Shown piece by piece: positions 52,141 through 64,000 of a DNA stretch of 64,000 bases. The DNA lies in assembly GCA_002633005.1 (NCBI GenBank), contig NMRA01000189.1, positions 340,667 through 404,666 of the forward strand, in the 5' to 3' direction. The translations under genes and the position numbers were made by a program. The notes beneath the pieces are model-generated. The model had not been told where the DNA came from and did no database searches. It saw only the letters and a list, made by a program, of their open reading frames with translations. Numbering within the stretch: position 1 is the first letter of the stretch; each line of letters starts with the position of its first letter. Source of the stretch: Phoronis australis (taxonomy: Eukaryota > Animalia > Phoronida).

Positions 52141-55100
52141 TTACGATCTAGATGACAGTCTTCTGCGCAGTGCACGCGCGATGTCTTTAGGAATCAAACG
52201 TTTCACAGAGTAATCACTGTATTGCCTTATAAGCACATGAAGTTGGTGGCTGGGAACAAACAAACATCTCTTTCCACTCTAAAAATATACAAAATAACAA
52301 TGATTACTTTTCACTCAAACAAATTTTGAATTGTCCATGCGAGTGTAAAAACTGAAGATCACGGATGCACCACCTAGCTTTTATCGTATGGCGCTATCTC
52401 GCGAAGTCTTACGTGAGCTTGCGTTTTCACGAGGTTCTCGCTTCCGGCCTTTCCCAATCCTTGATGGCTCTGTGACAGATAGTAATTGATCTTTCCGTAC
52501 TATTAATCATACTACAAAATCACATGACGGCTGGCAGATTTACACAAAATATCGCTACTCATCTACATGTATCTTATCCAATAACATCAGAGTGCAAGCA
52601 GTGCTGGGTTAAGATTTCTCCAATAAGCTATAAGAATTCTGCAGCTACTGATAATTTGAGCCACATTTTCGAGCTATGCCGGGTCGTCATAATTTTTCCA
52701 CCCCATTCCCTGGTCACTACAACTTTCGGCTGGCCCGTGATAGTGGCAGACCCCCTTTTTGGGGGAGCCCTAAGCTGCCAGTGTACAGTAGTTCAAAGCT
52801 TAATGGATAGTCTGGAACAGAGTGGGAGTGCTAGAGCGAATTTCAGTCAAGCCTAAGCACAATACACAAACCCTTCGTGCATTTTGAGAACGCTTCCATA
52901 GTCAAAACATAGAGAGAGAGAGAGCGAAATAATACATACCGCAGTTGTTTCACGTAAAGCCACAAACGATTTTTGCTGCCCTGGTCTTCCAATTGTCACC
53001 TTTACACGTCCTCGTGATACAGTCGTTGTACGTAATGCCGGTTTACTGGCGATCACACCTACACAAGGTAAGAGAACAACATCAGTACACAAAACTACGT
53101 ACATTGCATCCCTACAATTATGAGCATACGTAGGATTCCATATAGTATACAAATTGTTTAATTTATCCAAAGAGAGTGCAACAAAGCACCCCTAACACAC
53201 ACTGTGAAAAGTGCAGGTGGTCTGGTGCTGGTTGCATCAGGTGTGCGCAGGCCGCTCAGTCGATCTGGTCCATTGCATTAAACACCGACCTGAATCGTTT
53301 TCATTTGTTGATAAACACATGTAACACCTATAAAGATGCCACAAATTACTACAGAGCAGAGGAGCTAGAGACCTGCCCAAATTTGTACATGTGGCAGTGG
53401 AATCTAGTGGGATTCGAACCTAGGACCTCGTGAGGCAAACACTGGCAATCCATTCAACCGTCACTCACTAATACCTTGAGCAGATGATTTCATCTAAAAC
53501 TTGCTTCTCTTACTCGGTGATGTGACGTGCCATTGATAAGGGATGGAAAATTATTGAACCGAGGCACTTCCTCGCTGTGTCGTTCTGCTGTTCTTAGTGG
53601 ATAACAGTTGCTCTTGCAGTTGTAAATCGTTTTAACCATTAGACAAAGTCTGATTGAATAGATTCGTGAGAATGTTTAAACATGTTCCAGGAATTGTGAG
53701 TTGACGATGGTCACATACAAGCAACATTATTTAACTTTAAAGATTCAAGTGAGCTGGTCCTAGCTTATCTTTGTTAATATACTAAAACTGTGTTTAGTAG
53801 CCTGGAATATGATCGAGAGGCAAATACGGCACTGCAAGAATCTTATCAACTGCTCGAGGTGCACTCTGACGTTTGAAAACAGAATGTCACCACCACGACC
53901 AGTAGCCGTCGATCTTGAGACAAATCGCCTGATGGGCATTTTGTGACTGATTGAAACTTGCCTAAACTTAAGTTTACACCAATAAATTTGACAAAATGAA
54001 AAATACCAAAAATACCCAAAAGACCCACAAAAAGCTAGTTCAAGATAAACATGGATCCTGCCATGACGCTAGCGCATAGGCCTAATGTGAAGGCTTAGGT
54101 GCATTCACCTATTTGTGGTACACAAAACAAACGTTTTGAAAAAAACCCAAATATTTCAATAATAGGTGCATAGAACTTAAGTTTGCGCTTTTTATGGTAG
54201 CTATTTTACCTAATAATCCTTTCACCCGCGATCCTTTGACCTTGGTGACGTGGACCGTCAAATACCGTGCACCGGTATTGGTCGTGTTTCTGCTAATGGA
54301 AATACCAATGCTGCGTTCAATTTCGATGGTCAAGTGACTACTGTTGACCATGGTCAGATTGCTGTTACCTGTAAATACAAGCGAATGACGTCTGTCATTG
54401 TTGAACGAAGCATTACTGTTCTGCAAGGCATTACAGCAACTAACATATCATTTTTAAAAATGAACTAATGTAAAAATGAAATTGCCTGGCACTTATTTGG
54501 TAAGTCGAATGGTGCCTATCAGTATATTAACACCAATACGCTGAAAAAGGAGCCCGGGACAATCTGTTCACGCGGTTTCACTAGGTTACGAGTCATGCAA
54601 TGATTGGTCAGCAATCTCTGGAACTGAATGAAAACCGTAGAAAATTGAGCAACCTCTAGCAGTTGCTAATGGCAAAATCGAGCTTACGACAGTCAAGCTC
54701 GAAAACTCGAGTCGTAACAGCTGCTTAGACACAGGTCTTATACGAAGTCCTATATGCATTGGTAAATCTGATTTTTAGACATGGTTTTACGTACCGTACG
54801 ACTGCGTAAAATGACTCCTGTTCCAATTGTGCTCTACGCCATTAACGACAACTTTGTTGACATCAACTGTCATCGAACTCATAGACAGTGTACCCACCCA
54901 GACTTTCTCGAAGTACTTTCTCATGCCGCCAGTGTTCGATAGCAGAGCATTTACCATGACGCCTACAAATAATGGGAAAGACATGATTTGGGACAACCTG
55001 TTTGCAATCGCTGTGCTTGTTTCCACAGTTAGCAGAAATATCAGAAGAAAGGATGGGCGTCAAATACAATAGAAATCGGATGCATGCATTAATATAAACT

Positions 55101-58100
55101 TGAACGTAGAGATTCCAGTGGCCTCTACTTTCGGAAGTCTAGGAAGAAGGAGGATTTAGGTGGCACTCAATATTTTTTGAGCCACGATTGAATTTGCCTG
55201 CCCCAATTTCATTAAAAATTGACGTCTGCAGGGACGACTGAACATTTGAATTTTTTGGTGCATGTTCTGATTGAAAAATTGCCAACTGTTGACCCCTTGA
55301 CCCACGTTTTGCTCAGCGGTGGCCTTTCTTAAACCATTTCTAGTTGCAAGCGGTAAGTTGGAATTTAGCAGGTACCCTTCAAAAACTTTGAATTTGTAAA
55401 CATTTAGCTGGTCGACAGCCACTTTTCACATGATTTATGTAATGTGGAGTGTTTTGATAGTCTGAATGCACTGTCTCTCAGTTCGTAGAAATCGCATGCA
55501 AACTGTGACTTCGGGTGTATTTTCCTTGGTTTTCAAGCAGCCAGCTGCACTTCCGGAAATCCTAAAGTATCGAAAATTGATTTTGGAATCAGTTTCAATA
55601 GACGTTGTGCAAGGTTTTTGAAGTCTTTGGCCCGGTGCGGTGATACTGCGCACATTTTCGAGTTTCGTAAATTCTATGGAACAGACTGTTGGAGCCGACA
55701 CTACTTGGTTTTTCAAGCCCAAAATCAGCAAAACTGTTGAGTGCCGCCTTAAATTCAAGAATAGTGTTGACATCCTTTATTATGCAGGGTAGGGGCCTTT
55801 TGATGATACACAACAAATATGCGTTATCAAAACCAATGTGAAAGTCGTTGGTGGAATATGATTGACAGATTGCATTAAGAGCGTCACTTTTTGAATAAAT
55901 CTTTCCTTACCTAACGCCATTGCACCAATCACGTTACCTCTTAGAATTGACTCCCTTTGATTTTTGCTCTAATTGTTTCAGTTGTTGTTTGTATAGATCG
56001 CCTTACTGGGGAGTTTTGTTTCCGTTGGATTTCGAATTAAAATAAAATGTCAGTATGATATCCATTAATATCACAACGCTTGTTATATTTTCTATTATTG
56101 CTTTGGACTAAAATGAGAAATATGAAATGGCAAAATGATCTTAACGTAACTTTCTATAACGCTATGTTCACTTACACCATTAAATACCCGAAACAGCGAG
56201 CAGTCCATGGGCGCACCCAGGGGGTCCGCCTCAGTGAATCAAAAAGTCCGAGTAAACGAGACAAAATTCCATAAAGTGCACAGGAATTCGGGGCAGATGC
56301 ACGATTGGCAGGCCTGAACCTAGTGGCCCCGTTTTTTTATTGTTTTTAGTCCTCGTTGATTTTTTCAGTAAAAGATACCGAAGAATTCGATCCCCCTTTA
56401 AATTTTAAGCTGGGTGCGCGCATGCGGTCGAGTAATTGTTAAATCTTACCTCTGCGGTTGTCAAAGAGAAGCCGAACGAAGCCTTTATGCGTACGGCCGT
56501 TGTCAAAACAAAGTGGAATTGAAAGTCTCTGTAGGTTTACGAACACTCCTGCAAATAATCAACAGTCACCATGACAAAATGCCTAAGATAAAACCATAAG
56601 AAAATGCAAAAATTTGGCCAATTTCGGATCATACTTCTAGTTCTTTGGGAAAAAGCGGATTTAAGGGGGGAGGGGGTCATGCCCCACGACCCTAAAATCC
56701 TCCCAAATTCCATTTGGCAGTTCGGGGTGCGATTGTCTGACAGGCAAAATACTGTCTAATACTCTTCCCCGGGTAGACTTTTGATGACCAGGCGCAGACC
56801 TTTGAGAAGAGAAGCTTAGCGTACCTGGTTGAGCTGACACTGGTGTTGATGTCGTCGTAGTTGGAACACGTGTAGGTAGAAATGGCCTGAGACTGGGTAG
56901 AGACGGAAACACACTTTGTAGCGATGGTCCACCATATTTCCTTTTATAAGGGTTTCCCATAGGAGAAAATGGCATAAAATACCCTGGAAAAAGGAAAATT
57001 AAAAATGTGATGACCTGCAATTTTTACCAGTTCATCAACACAGCCTGTAAATTCGACAAGTGACGAGTCATACACATTGTATGATGCTCGTCATTAATCT
57101 TTGAGATGCACAAGGTTTTGGTTGACCTACGAAAGGCCTTTGGAACTTGAAACAAATGATTAATTGATAAATTAGAAGCATTGGTCTTGCACAGAATTCC
57201 GTTAAATGGTTTCCATCTCATTTGACCAGTATGTCGCAACTCGTTGACAGTCAGCGACGCCTGTCAGAACTTCAGAGGATGACATGAGGTGCCCGCTCAA
57301 GGTTCAATTCTGAGTCCCCTATGCTTTTCGTTAAGGAAATGAGATTGCATATGCAGTTAAATGAAATATTATATTCTTTTTTGTTGAGAAGTATGTCTTA
57401 TTTTTCCTAGAATGACGTTTAATTCGTGAATTCAAAAATGTCTCAGAGAGGTTTACCGATAATACGTTGTTACTGAATAATGGTAAAATTCAGTAAGTTA
57501 TTAAATCAAGCGGCACAGTGGTAGATCTACGTTTTCAGTAGGGGGGTTAGAATTGGCACGAATCCGAGGCGCGGAGCGCCGAGCGTAGGGAAGATCGGGA
57601 GGGGGTTTCCCTCCTCCCGTGTAAGAGATTTTTTTGGTTTTTAGAAGATGATTTCCTTTTCCTGGCGACATTTTCTTTTAATTTTTACTTTTGATCTTGT
57701 CCCGAGGGGGGGGGGGGAGTTGAGCCCCCTCAACTCCTGAACCCTTTGTATATACCACTACGTTACATTGGAGAGACCCCATGTAGATCATTAATTACTT
57801 CATTGTTTGATTGTGTTTGGTCAAACTCCGTAGTGCCGGCTCATTTAATTTATAGGCGTCAGATTTACAGTACTACTGAGACGCTCCTGAACGCGTGTTA
57901 GCCGTATAAAGAATGCATCAGCGCAGGACGTATACGTGCATCAAGAATCTTAAACAGCAATCTGTAGACTACTGCAACATCAGCTATTTTTGCGCATCTT
58001 CGTAAGAATAGAATTACCTAAAACAGATCTGAAAAGCTAAAATACTATAAAATTCTTTGACTGACTCCACAGACTACTTATGGATTTCCAAACTAATCCG

Positions 58101-61100
58101 AAAAGTGGCACATCTCGTTGCACAAACTCGCCTAAGATTTAGGTCTGCAGCCCTGCGCATAGAAAGCCAGCATGGCGTCGGGTGAATTCCCGCACTCTGC
58201 AGTAGAGAGGTTATTACCATGACGACTAGACATGTGCGGTGCAGCACTGAAAAAGTGGGGGGGTTAAAGCCCCCTCAGCCCCTTATTGTGCGCCGCCCAA
58301 GCTAGTAGAGAGCTGGGCTGGGTTGCATAAAATTTCAATATTTATTATCCGCTGGATTAGTTTGATTGTTGCATGACGTCAGGTGCATTGTTTAACAATA
58401 AAAGTTTGTTGCTATACGGCATATAACTTTTATGCAACTAGGCNCTTGAAACAAATGATTAATTGATAAATTAGAAGCATTGGTCATCTCATTTGACCAG
58501 TAGGTCGCAACTCGTTGACAGTCAGCGACGCCTGTCAGAACTTCAGAGGATGACATGAGGTGCCCGCTGAAGGTTCAATTCTGACTCCCCTATGCTTTTC
58601 GTTAAGGAAATGAGATTGCATAAGCAGTTAAATGAAATATTATATTCTTTTTTGTTGAGAAGTATGTCTTATTTTTCCTACAATGACGTTTAATTCGTGA
58701 ATTCAAAAACGTCTCAGAGAGGTTTACCGATAATACGTTGTTACTGAATAATGGTAAAATTCAGTTATTAAATCAAGCGGCACAGTGGCAGATTTACGTT
58801 TTCAGTAGGGGGGTTAGAATTGGCGCGAAACCGAGGCGCGGAGCGCCGAGCGGAGGGAAGATCGGGAGGGGGTTTCCCTCCTCCCGTGTAAGAGATTTTT
58901 TTTGTTTTTAGTAGATGATTTCGTTTTCCTGGCGACATTTTCTTTTAGTTTTTACTTTTGATCTTGTCCTGAGGGGGGGGAGTTGAGCCCCCTGAACCCC
59001 TGAACCCTTTATATTTACCACTACGTTACATTGGAGAGACCCCATGTAGATCATTAATTACTTCATTGTTTCATTGTGTTTGGTCAAACTCCGTAGTGTC
59101 GGCTCATTTAATTTATAGGCGTCAGATTTACAGTACTACTGAGACGCTCCTGAACGCGTGTTAGCCGTATAAAGAATGTATCAGCGCAGGACGTATACGT
59201 GCATCAAGAATCTTAAACAGCAATCTGTAGACTACTGCAACATCAGCTATTTTTGCGCATCTTCGTAAGAATAGAATTACCTAAAACAGATCTGAAAAGC
59301 TAAAAATACTATAAAATTCTTTTACTAACAGTCCACAGACTACTTATGGATTTCCAAACTTATCCGAAAAGTGGCACATCTCGTTGCACAAACTCGCCTA
59401 AGATTTAGGTCTGCAGCCCTGCGCATAGAAAGCCAGCATGGCGTCGGGTGAATTCCCGCACTCTGCAGTAGAGAGGTTATTACCATGACGACTAGACATG
59501 TGCGGTGCAGCACTGAAAAAGTGGGGGGGTTAAAGCCCCCTCAGCCCCTTATTGTGCGCCGCCCAAGCTAGTAGAGAGCTGGGCTGGGTTGCATAAAATT
59601 TCAATATTTATTATCCGCTGGATTAGTTTGATTGTTGCATGACGTCAGGTGCATTGTTTAACAATAAAAGTTTGTTGCTATACGGCATATAACTTTTATG
59701 CAACTAGGCCTTTGTGCAACAATCCAAATCTCTTCCCGTCTCGTAACGACGGTGAACAAAGAAATCTTCCACAACCCAATAAGCATTTAAAACAGGATTG
59801 TTCTAAAAACCCCTCGAACCCCACATCCCACAACCCCCTCGACCCACAACACCCACGACCCAGAACCCCCACGAACCACAACCCCCTCAACCCTGACACG
59901 TGGCAATAAATCATATTACGTCTATGGATGACTTTCCCATTAGACATACTTACGCGTGAATCTGGTTTGGCTCAAGTTTGGTGGTTACAAACCGAAAGTG
60001 GTGTGAAATGTGATCTGAAATAGCGGGTGGTGAGCGCGCTATCGTTGTCACGCCAGTTCCACGCGCGGCGGATACCAATGGCCCTGTTCTACTAAACTTA
60101 GGGAGAGAGTACGTTTACGTGAATATATTACATTTTACATTTATAATATTTGCTTTCGTTTACAACATACTCCATATAACGTCGGGATACTTTTTAGTTA
60201 ACAGTTTGTTGTTTCAAACTGTATTTACAGATGAAATTACATTTTTGTCGGTTCCTCATACTCTCCGCAATAAAAAGTTGAATTTGCCATACACTGAGGA
60301 GCAGACGAAGCGGTTACACTCTGCCAGGAACGACATTTGTAACGTTAGTAGGTTCTTGATTTGATTTGGTGGCGTTGTTTTTTTCTGTTTTTGGCTTTCA
60401 AACTTTCCGAATGGACTCTCTTATTCGCAAAAACAGGGAAACGCCGGCCGAGCTCACGGCTCGGTGGTCCTGCAAGTCAGCGCTTGTTTTATGTTCAGAT
60501 GGAGTTGAGCTTGTGAAGACTGGGTCAAGGGGGTTGTGGGTCGTGGTCGTGGATCGTGGGTAGAGGGGGTCTTGGGGTGTGGGATCGAAGGTGTTTTAGA
60601 ACAAACCTTTATAACCCGTATCAATAAAGGCTTACTATTGAGTGAGAAACATTTGCTTACTTTTATGTCCCGGATAACCTAAAGGTCCCATTCCACTGAT
60701 TCGTCCTGTTGGCATTGTATTTGCAGTGCCCGTGCGAGCAAAAATGGAGTATGGGATGGGATGAGGCCTCGGAAGCGAAGCATCTGGTCCAGGTTCCGCT
60801 TTGTCTGTATCGGTGGTTCCATTGGGTTTGGTTGCAACCATTGACGTCAATGGTGTTACAAAGTTGTACTGAAAATGGAAACGCTTATGTATTTAGTGTG
60901 TGATCCTGCAGGAGGGTTGTTGAGCCTCGAAACTGCTCAGTTTTTTCCACATTGATGATTGAAGCTTGTGTGAAGAACAGGTGTCATTTGAAGAGACCAA
61001 TATTAGTAAAATCCTTTAAATGGAGAGAAAAGTCTCCTCAATGGATAAAGATCTGCCACACATGTGACATATCCATATTCATGTTCATCTGTGAAGCATC

Positions 61101-63024
61101 AAAATGTTTAACGATGCACACTTGTAAATGAAGAACATCCATTTGTTACTCGTGCTTACCTTAAGAGACATTTCCAAAGCCTTCTCTTTTAATGACGCCT
61201 TGGTTGTTTCATTGGTTATCTGGAGTTGCTTTCTAAGAAGCTCCTTTATGGTCAAGAATGCCCATAATCTCTCCATAAATCCCGATAGCCCTTTCGGCGA
61301 AGGAACATTTTCAAGTTGTTGCAGGTCGCCGTCAAATCGTATGTCATTTATACTAAGATCAAGTTCTAGCGTCCCGTTGGCAGATTCCGCCGTGATCTGA
61401 GAACGCAGTCTGCTCACTGATCGGCCCTTCAGTTTGCCAGCTATGACGATCTCGGAACCATCGAAAAACGTCGGAAACTGTGTATTGGTTAAAGTAGCAT
61501 TGTCAACGGCATCGTCTAAATATTTAATGTGCACGTTAGCAAGCACCGGATTGGCTATTTCTTGATAGAATCCTTCCAGCTGCAAGGCAGCGTCCGAGTC
61601 GTGATAGATCTTTCGAGCTAATCCTCTGTTACGAGCAGAAAGTTTTTGAAGGAACTCGAAGTCAACTCCGTCGCCGTAACCCAAAGAAAATAAGTTGTAG
61701 CTGCAGTAATAAAGAGTTAGCGTAATGAAAAGATAAACATTATTTATTTTTGCAAACAATACTAAAATTTCAAATTCTTTCAAAGGTACACAATTAGGCC
61801 AAATGAGTGTAATGTCTTTAATCGCGCATAAAAAACCTTCAGCGAAGAAAACGACGTGAGTGCCCTTCGAAGACAAGCCCAGGTTAGAGGTCACTAGCTG
61901 TCTCGCAACTAGACAAATGTAGCCAAAATTACGTATTCGCAATTAAGATAAACGACAATATCAGAATTTCACCTACTCTCGCGAAGTTTTGCTTTTTAGC
62001 GAAGTCCTACCGTATGTCCTAGCATTACTAAGCTCTACGCTGGAATGATCTATGCGAATGTCCGTATGTTATGATAGCACTTGGGGAATTCTGGTAAGGA
62101 TAAAACAGCTAGCAAGCTGCGTATGAAATACCGGTTGGGAAGCTCTAGCAGACTTTCAAGGAGATCAATTTAGTACTCACTTGTTTACATTTTTCCTGGT
62201 TATTTTCTTAATGATACTTGAAGTGTCGGTTATGCCGGAAGTAGGCTGTCCGTCAGTTAAGAAGATTATGAGTGATGCTAATCTTGTTTCACCAATCTGT
62301 GCTTCTCTATCCAGCATACCGATGCCGTAGGACAGAGCTTTATGGATGTCGGTGGCTGTACGTGGAGAAATCAAACTTCATCAGAAATCTTTTAGTAAAA
62401 ATTACCACCAGGCCCCCAAACACACGTTGTACCGAGTTTGCATTACACAGAACAGAGGCGTATACGGCATAATCGGTCAATTCAAATCCACTGCTGAGAA
62501 GCTGTTCAGAATCCCTTATGCTCAAAAGTATTATACTGACGAGGAACCCTAATAAATCTTATGTTTGGATAAGGTTTAATTGTCAATGTACTGGGAAACT
62601 TTCCATAAGGGTTCTAAGAACACTGTCAATCAAATGCGTGCCGACTAAGTGCCGCAAAATGGGTACACTTCTCAAAAAGGAACTTTAGACCCAGTTTGTC
62701 CTAATTACAAAGTGCAACTTAATCGCTAAGTGTCAGTCCACGGCACGAGCGACCTCTGTTTAGCCATAATAGAAAAAGTGGGAGTCAGGTAATATCAAAA
62801 CTGTATTACGCCCGTTTGAATGATCCTGCTCAGTTAAAACTTGAACTAACATTACCTCCATTGTCCCGCATATTGTTCACGTATGCCGTTGAACTAGATA
62901 TCGTTTCCCTGTTGACGGGCACTAGATGGTTGCGCCAAGATGACACATGGTCACTGAAGGTGATGATGTTGAAGAAGTCTCCCTGTCGCAAATCATCCAA
63001 GATTTTTCCCATACTTTCTTTCAC
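52141..63024 (-). CDS. ITIH: Inter-alpha-trypsin inhibitor heavy chain-like protein (vWA + ITI-HC C-terminal domain), 5'-partial, last 10 exons, ~644 aa
   Basis: In-phase exons: 63024-62856 (ILDDLRQGDFFNIITFS), 62355-62181 (GATDIHKAL...IIFLTDGQPT), 61700-61160 (LFSLGYG..VDFEFLQKLS..NRGLARKIY..SDAALQLEGFYQEIANP...FDGSEIVIAGKL...ERLWAFLTIKELL), 60868-60661 (YNFVTPLTSMV), 56983-56825, 56548-56450 (LCFD), 54962-54795 (GVMVNA..KYF), 54368-54210 (KGLLG), 53058-52940, 52278-52141 (CLFV...YSDYSV, stop); 1935 nt. The VIT domain and DxSxS MIDAS exons were not found and are presumed to lie beyond 64000. Confidence 0.88.
53200..53465 (-). mobile_element. Probable SINE remnant
   Basis: B-box ggttcgaatccc on the minus strand near 53410-53422; boundaries approximate. 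Confidence 0.4.
56206..56424. mobile_element. Second copy of the CATG-terminated MITE
   Basis: catgggcgcacccag / ctgggtgcgcgcatg; flanks cagtc / cggtc. Confidence 0.7.
57090..57340 (+). mobile_element. Decayed non-LTR retrotransposon RT fragment (CR1/L2-like)
   Basis: Broken VLVDLRKAF and G.PQGSILSPL motifs with stops and frameshifts. Confidence 0.55.
57146..59709. repeat. Tandem duplication, 57146-58443 vs 58445-59709, with an N at the junction
   Basis: Directly visible; N at 58444; the copies differ by SNPs and small indels. Confidence 0.9.
59795..60607. mobile_element. Non-autonomous DNA transposon with ~100-bp C/G-rich TIRs, Mutator-like
   Basis: ggattgttctaaaaacccctcgaaccccaca / tgtgggatcgaaggtgttttagaacaaacc; flanks tttaaaaca / tttataacc resemble a 9-bp TSD. 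Confidence 0.6.
61160..61700 (-). CDS. ITIH: ITIH-like exon covering the end of the vWA domain and the hybrid region
   Basis: Within ORF 61085-61942; ctgcag acceptor, gtaagc donor; hallmark ERLWAFLTI. Confidence 0.92.
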
Positions 63025-64000
63025 CTATGATGAGAAATACCTGAACGTAACACGCATCATCACAACGTATGCATGACCCTTGCTCTGTTGTATCAACCGT
63101 CACTCATTTAAGATTTGACATACGTGGGGCAGGAATATGGCCATTCACAACAGAAATATCGAATCTTGTGAGATTTTACAAACTTTTATTACCATAATTT
63201 AGCATCTCGCACGATGGATATCACTTTCAGAGAAACGTAAATTTTGTCAGTGTACTCTGTCAGTGGATGATGAGAAGCTATTCTGGAGCGATGTAATTGC
63301 GTTAAACTATCGTCAACTCTTTCGTTGTCTTGCTAACCTTCTTTTTTGCCAATTACCTGTACTTTACTGGACTTTTTCGGACCGGAAAAACGTTGCTAAA
63401 TTGTTTTTGTGGCCAGACTCGTTCTGACTTTGTTATCAGAATAGATCTATAGGTCCGGTGCTACTAACCGGCCCTGGCGATACTTGGTATGGTCCTGTTC
63501 GAAATTTGTTTGGTTTACATGCATGTAGCTTATGTACTCATCTGAAAACATTTGCACGTTGATTTTAGTCCGTACTCTGGGTTTGTTCATAGCAAGACTT
63601 TTGATAAAAATACTAACACTCCTCTGAAGCGCACAGAAAGGGTGTGTGGTCCTAATGTAGCTTGTATGAATACAATGAATGCAAATGGATTTTTTCATTC
63701 CAGTGACCTCAAAATTTGTTCTGCAAAGCGCAGTTAAATTTGGGATTATCTCCACCACCACTTCTGTTTAATTATATCCGACTTAGCCCATCAACAATTT
63801 TAAAAATATCTGATACCTACTTAGCTGGAACTGAGATTTTGCTCCGAATATAGGAAATTTACTACTTGCACACTTTGGTGACGTTGCGAAAATGATTGTT
63901 AACCGTTGTTGTTCAGGACACAATGCCTCATTTTAGCATCAAGTTTAGCAACGCAAACGTGAACTCACGGGTGTTCCAAACCTACCATGGCCCGTTCCAA

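Noticed and set aside
53846-53961. Alternative ITIH exon GKFQSVTK after GLLG
   Set aside because: Reaches a stop without family motifs; exon 53058-52940 has better splice sites and keeps phase to the true end.
56661-56824. ITIH ending at ...VVGHDPLPP* (a DP-like motif)
   Set aside because: Read-through into an intron and MITE fragment; five downstream in-phase exons complete the C-terminal domain.
57146-59709. Recent biological tandem duplication (also 27439-28684)
   Set aside because: The junction coincides exactly with an N and the divergence looks allelic; probably uncollapsed haplotype overlap.
60904-60935. Hammerhead ribozyme-like ctgcagga...cgaaac (also ctgaaga...cgacac near 51447)
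   Set aside because: The catalytic core deviates from CUGANGA/GAAA and the stems could not be completed.

Overview
Intron-rich, AT-rich animal genomic DNA, probably from an invertebrate bilaterian; this is inferred from the gene set and repeat types, and the species cannot be named from the sequence. By hand-chaining GT-AG junctions in phase I built four gene models. (1) CCDC66 on the minus strand, 14 coding exons, about 1366 aa (2939-20372). (2) A divergently transcribed MFSD5/molybdate-anion-transporter orthologue on the plus strand (24362-35436 or 36178), with two in-phase candidate last exons. (3) A secreted single F5/8-type-C (discoidin) domain gene on the plus strand (42334-45219), carrying a frameshift and a TGA in place of a conserved Trp. 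(4) The 3' ten exons of an inter-alpha-trypsin-inhibitor heavy-chain-like gene on the minus strand (52141-63024+) that lacks the GDPH cleavage motif. The rest is MITEs, SINEs, LINE debris and tandem repeats, plus three near-identical duplications adjoining single-N gaps, probably uncollapsed haplotypes. The most striking non-genic signal is a Helentron-associated/DINE-1-like element whose internal ~145-bp repeats each carry a CTCF-consensus motif. Two full copies (11 and 8 motifs) face each other convergently around the CCDC66/MFSD5 promoter region. No prokaryotic systems, CRISPR arrays, rRNA or true tRNA genes were seen. All homology calls are from motif recognition, not database searches.
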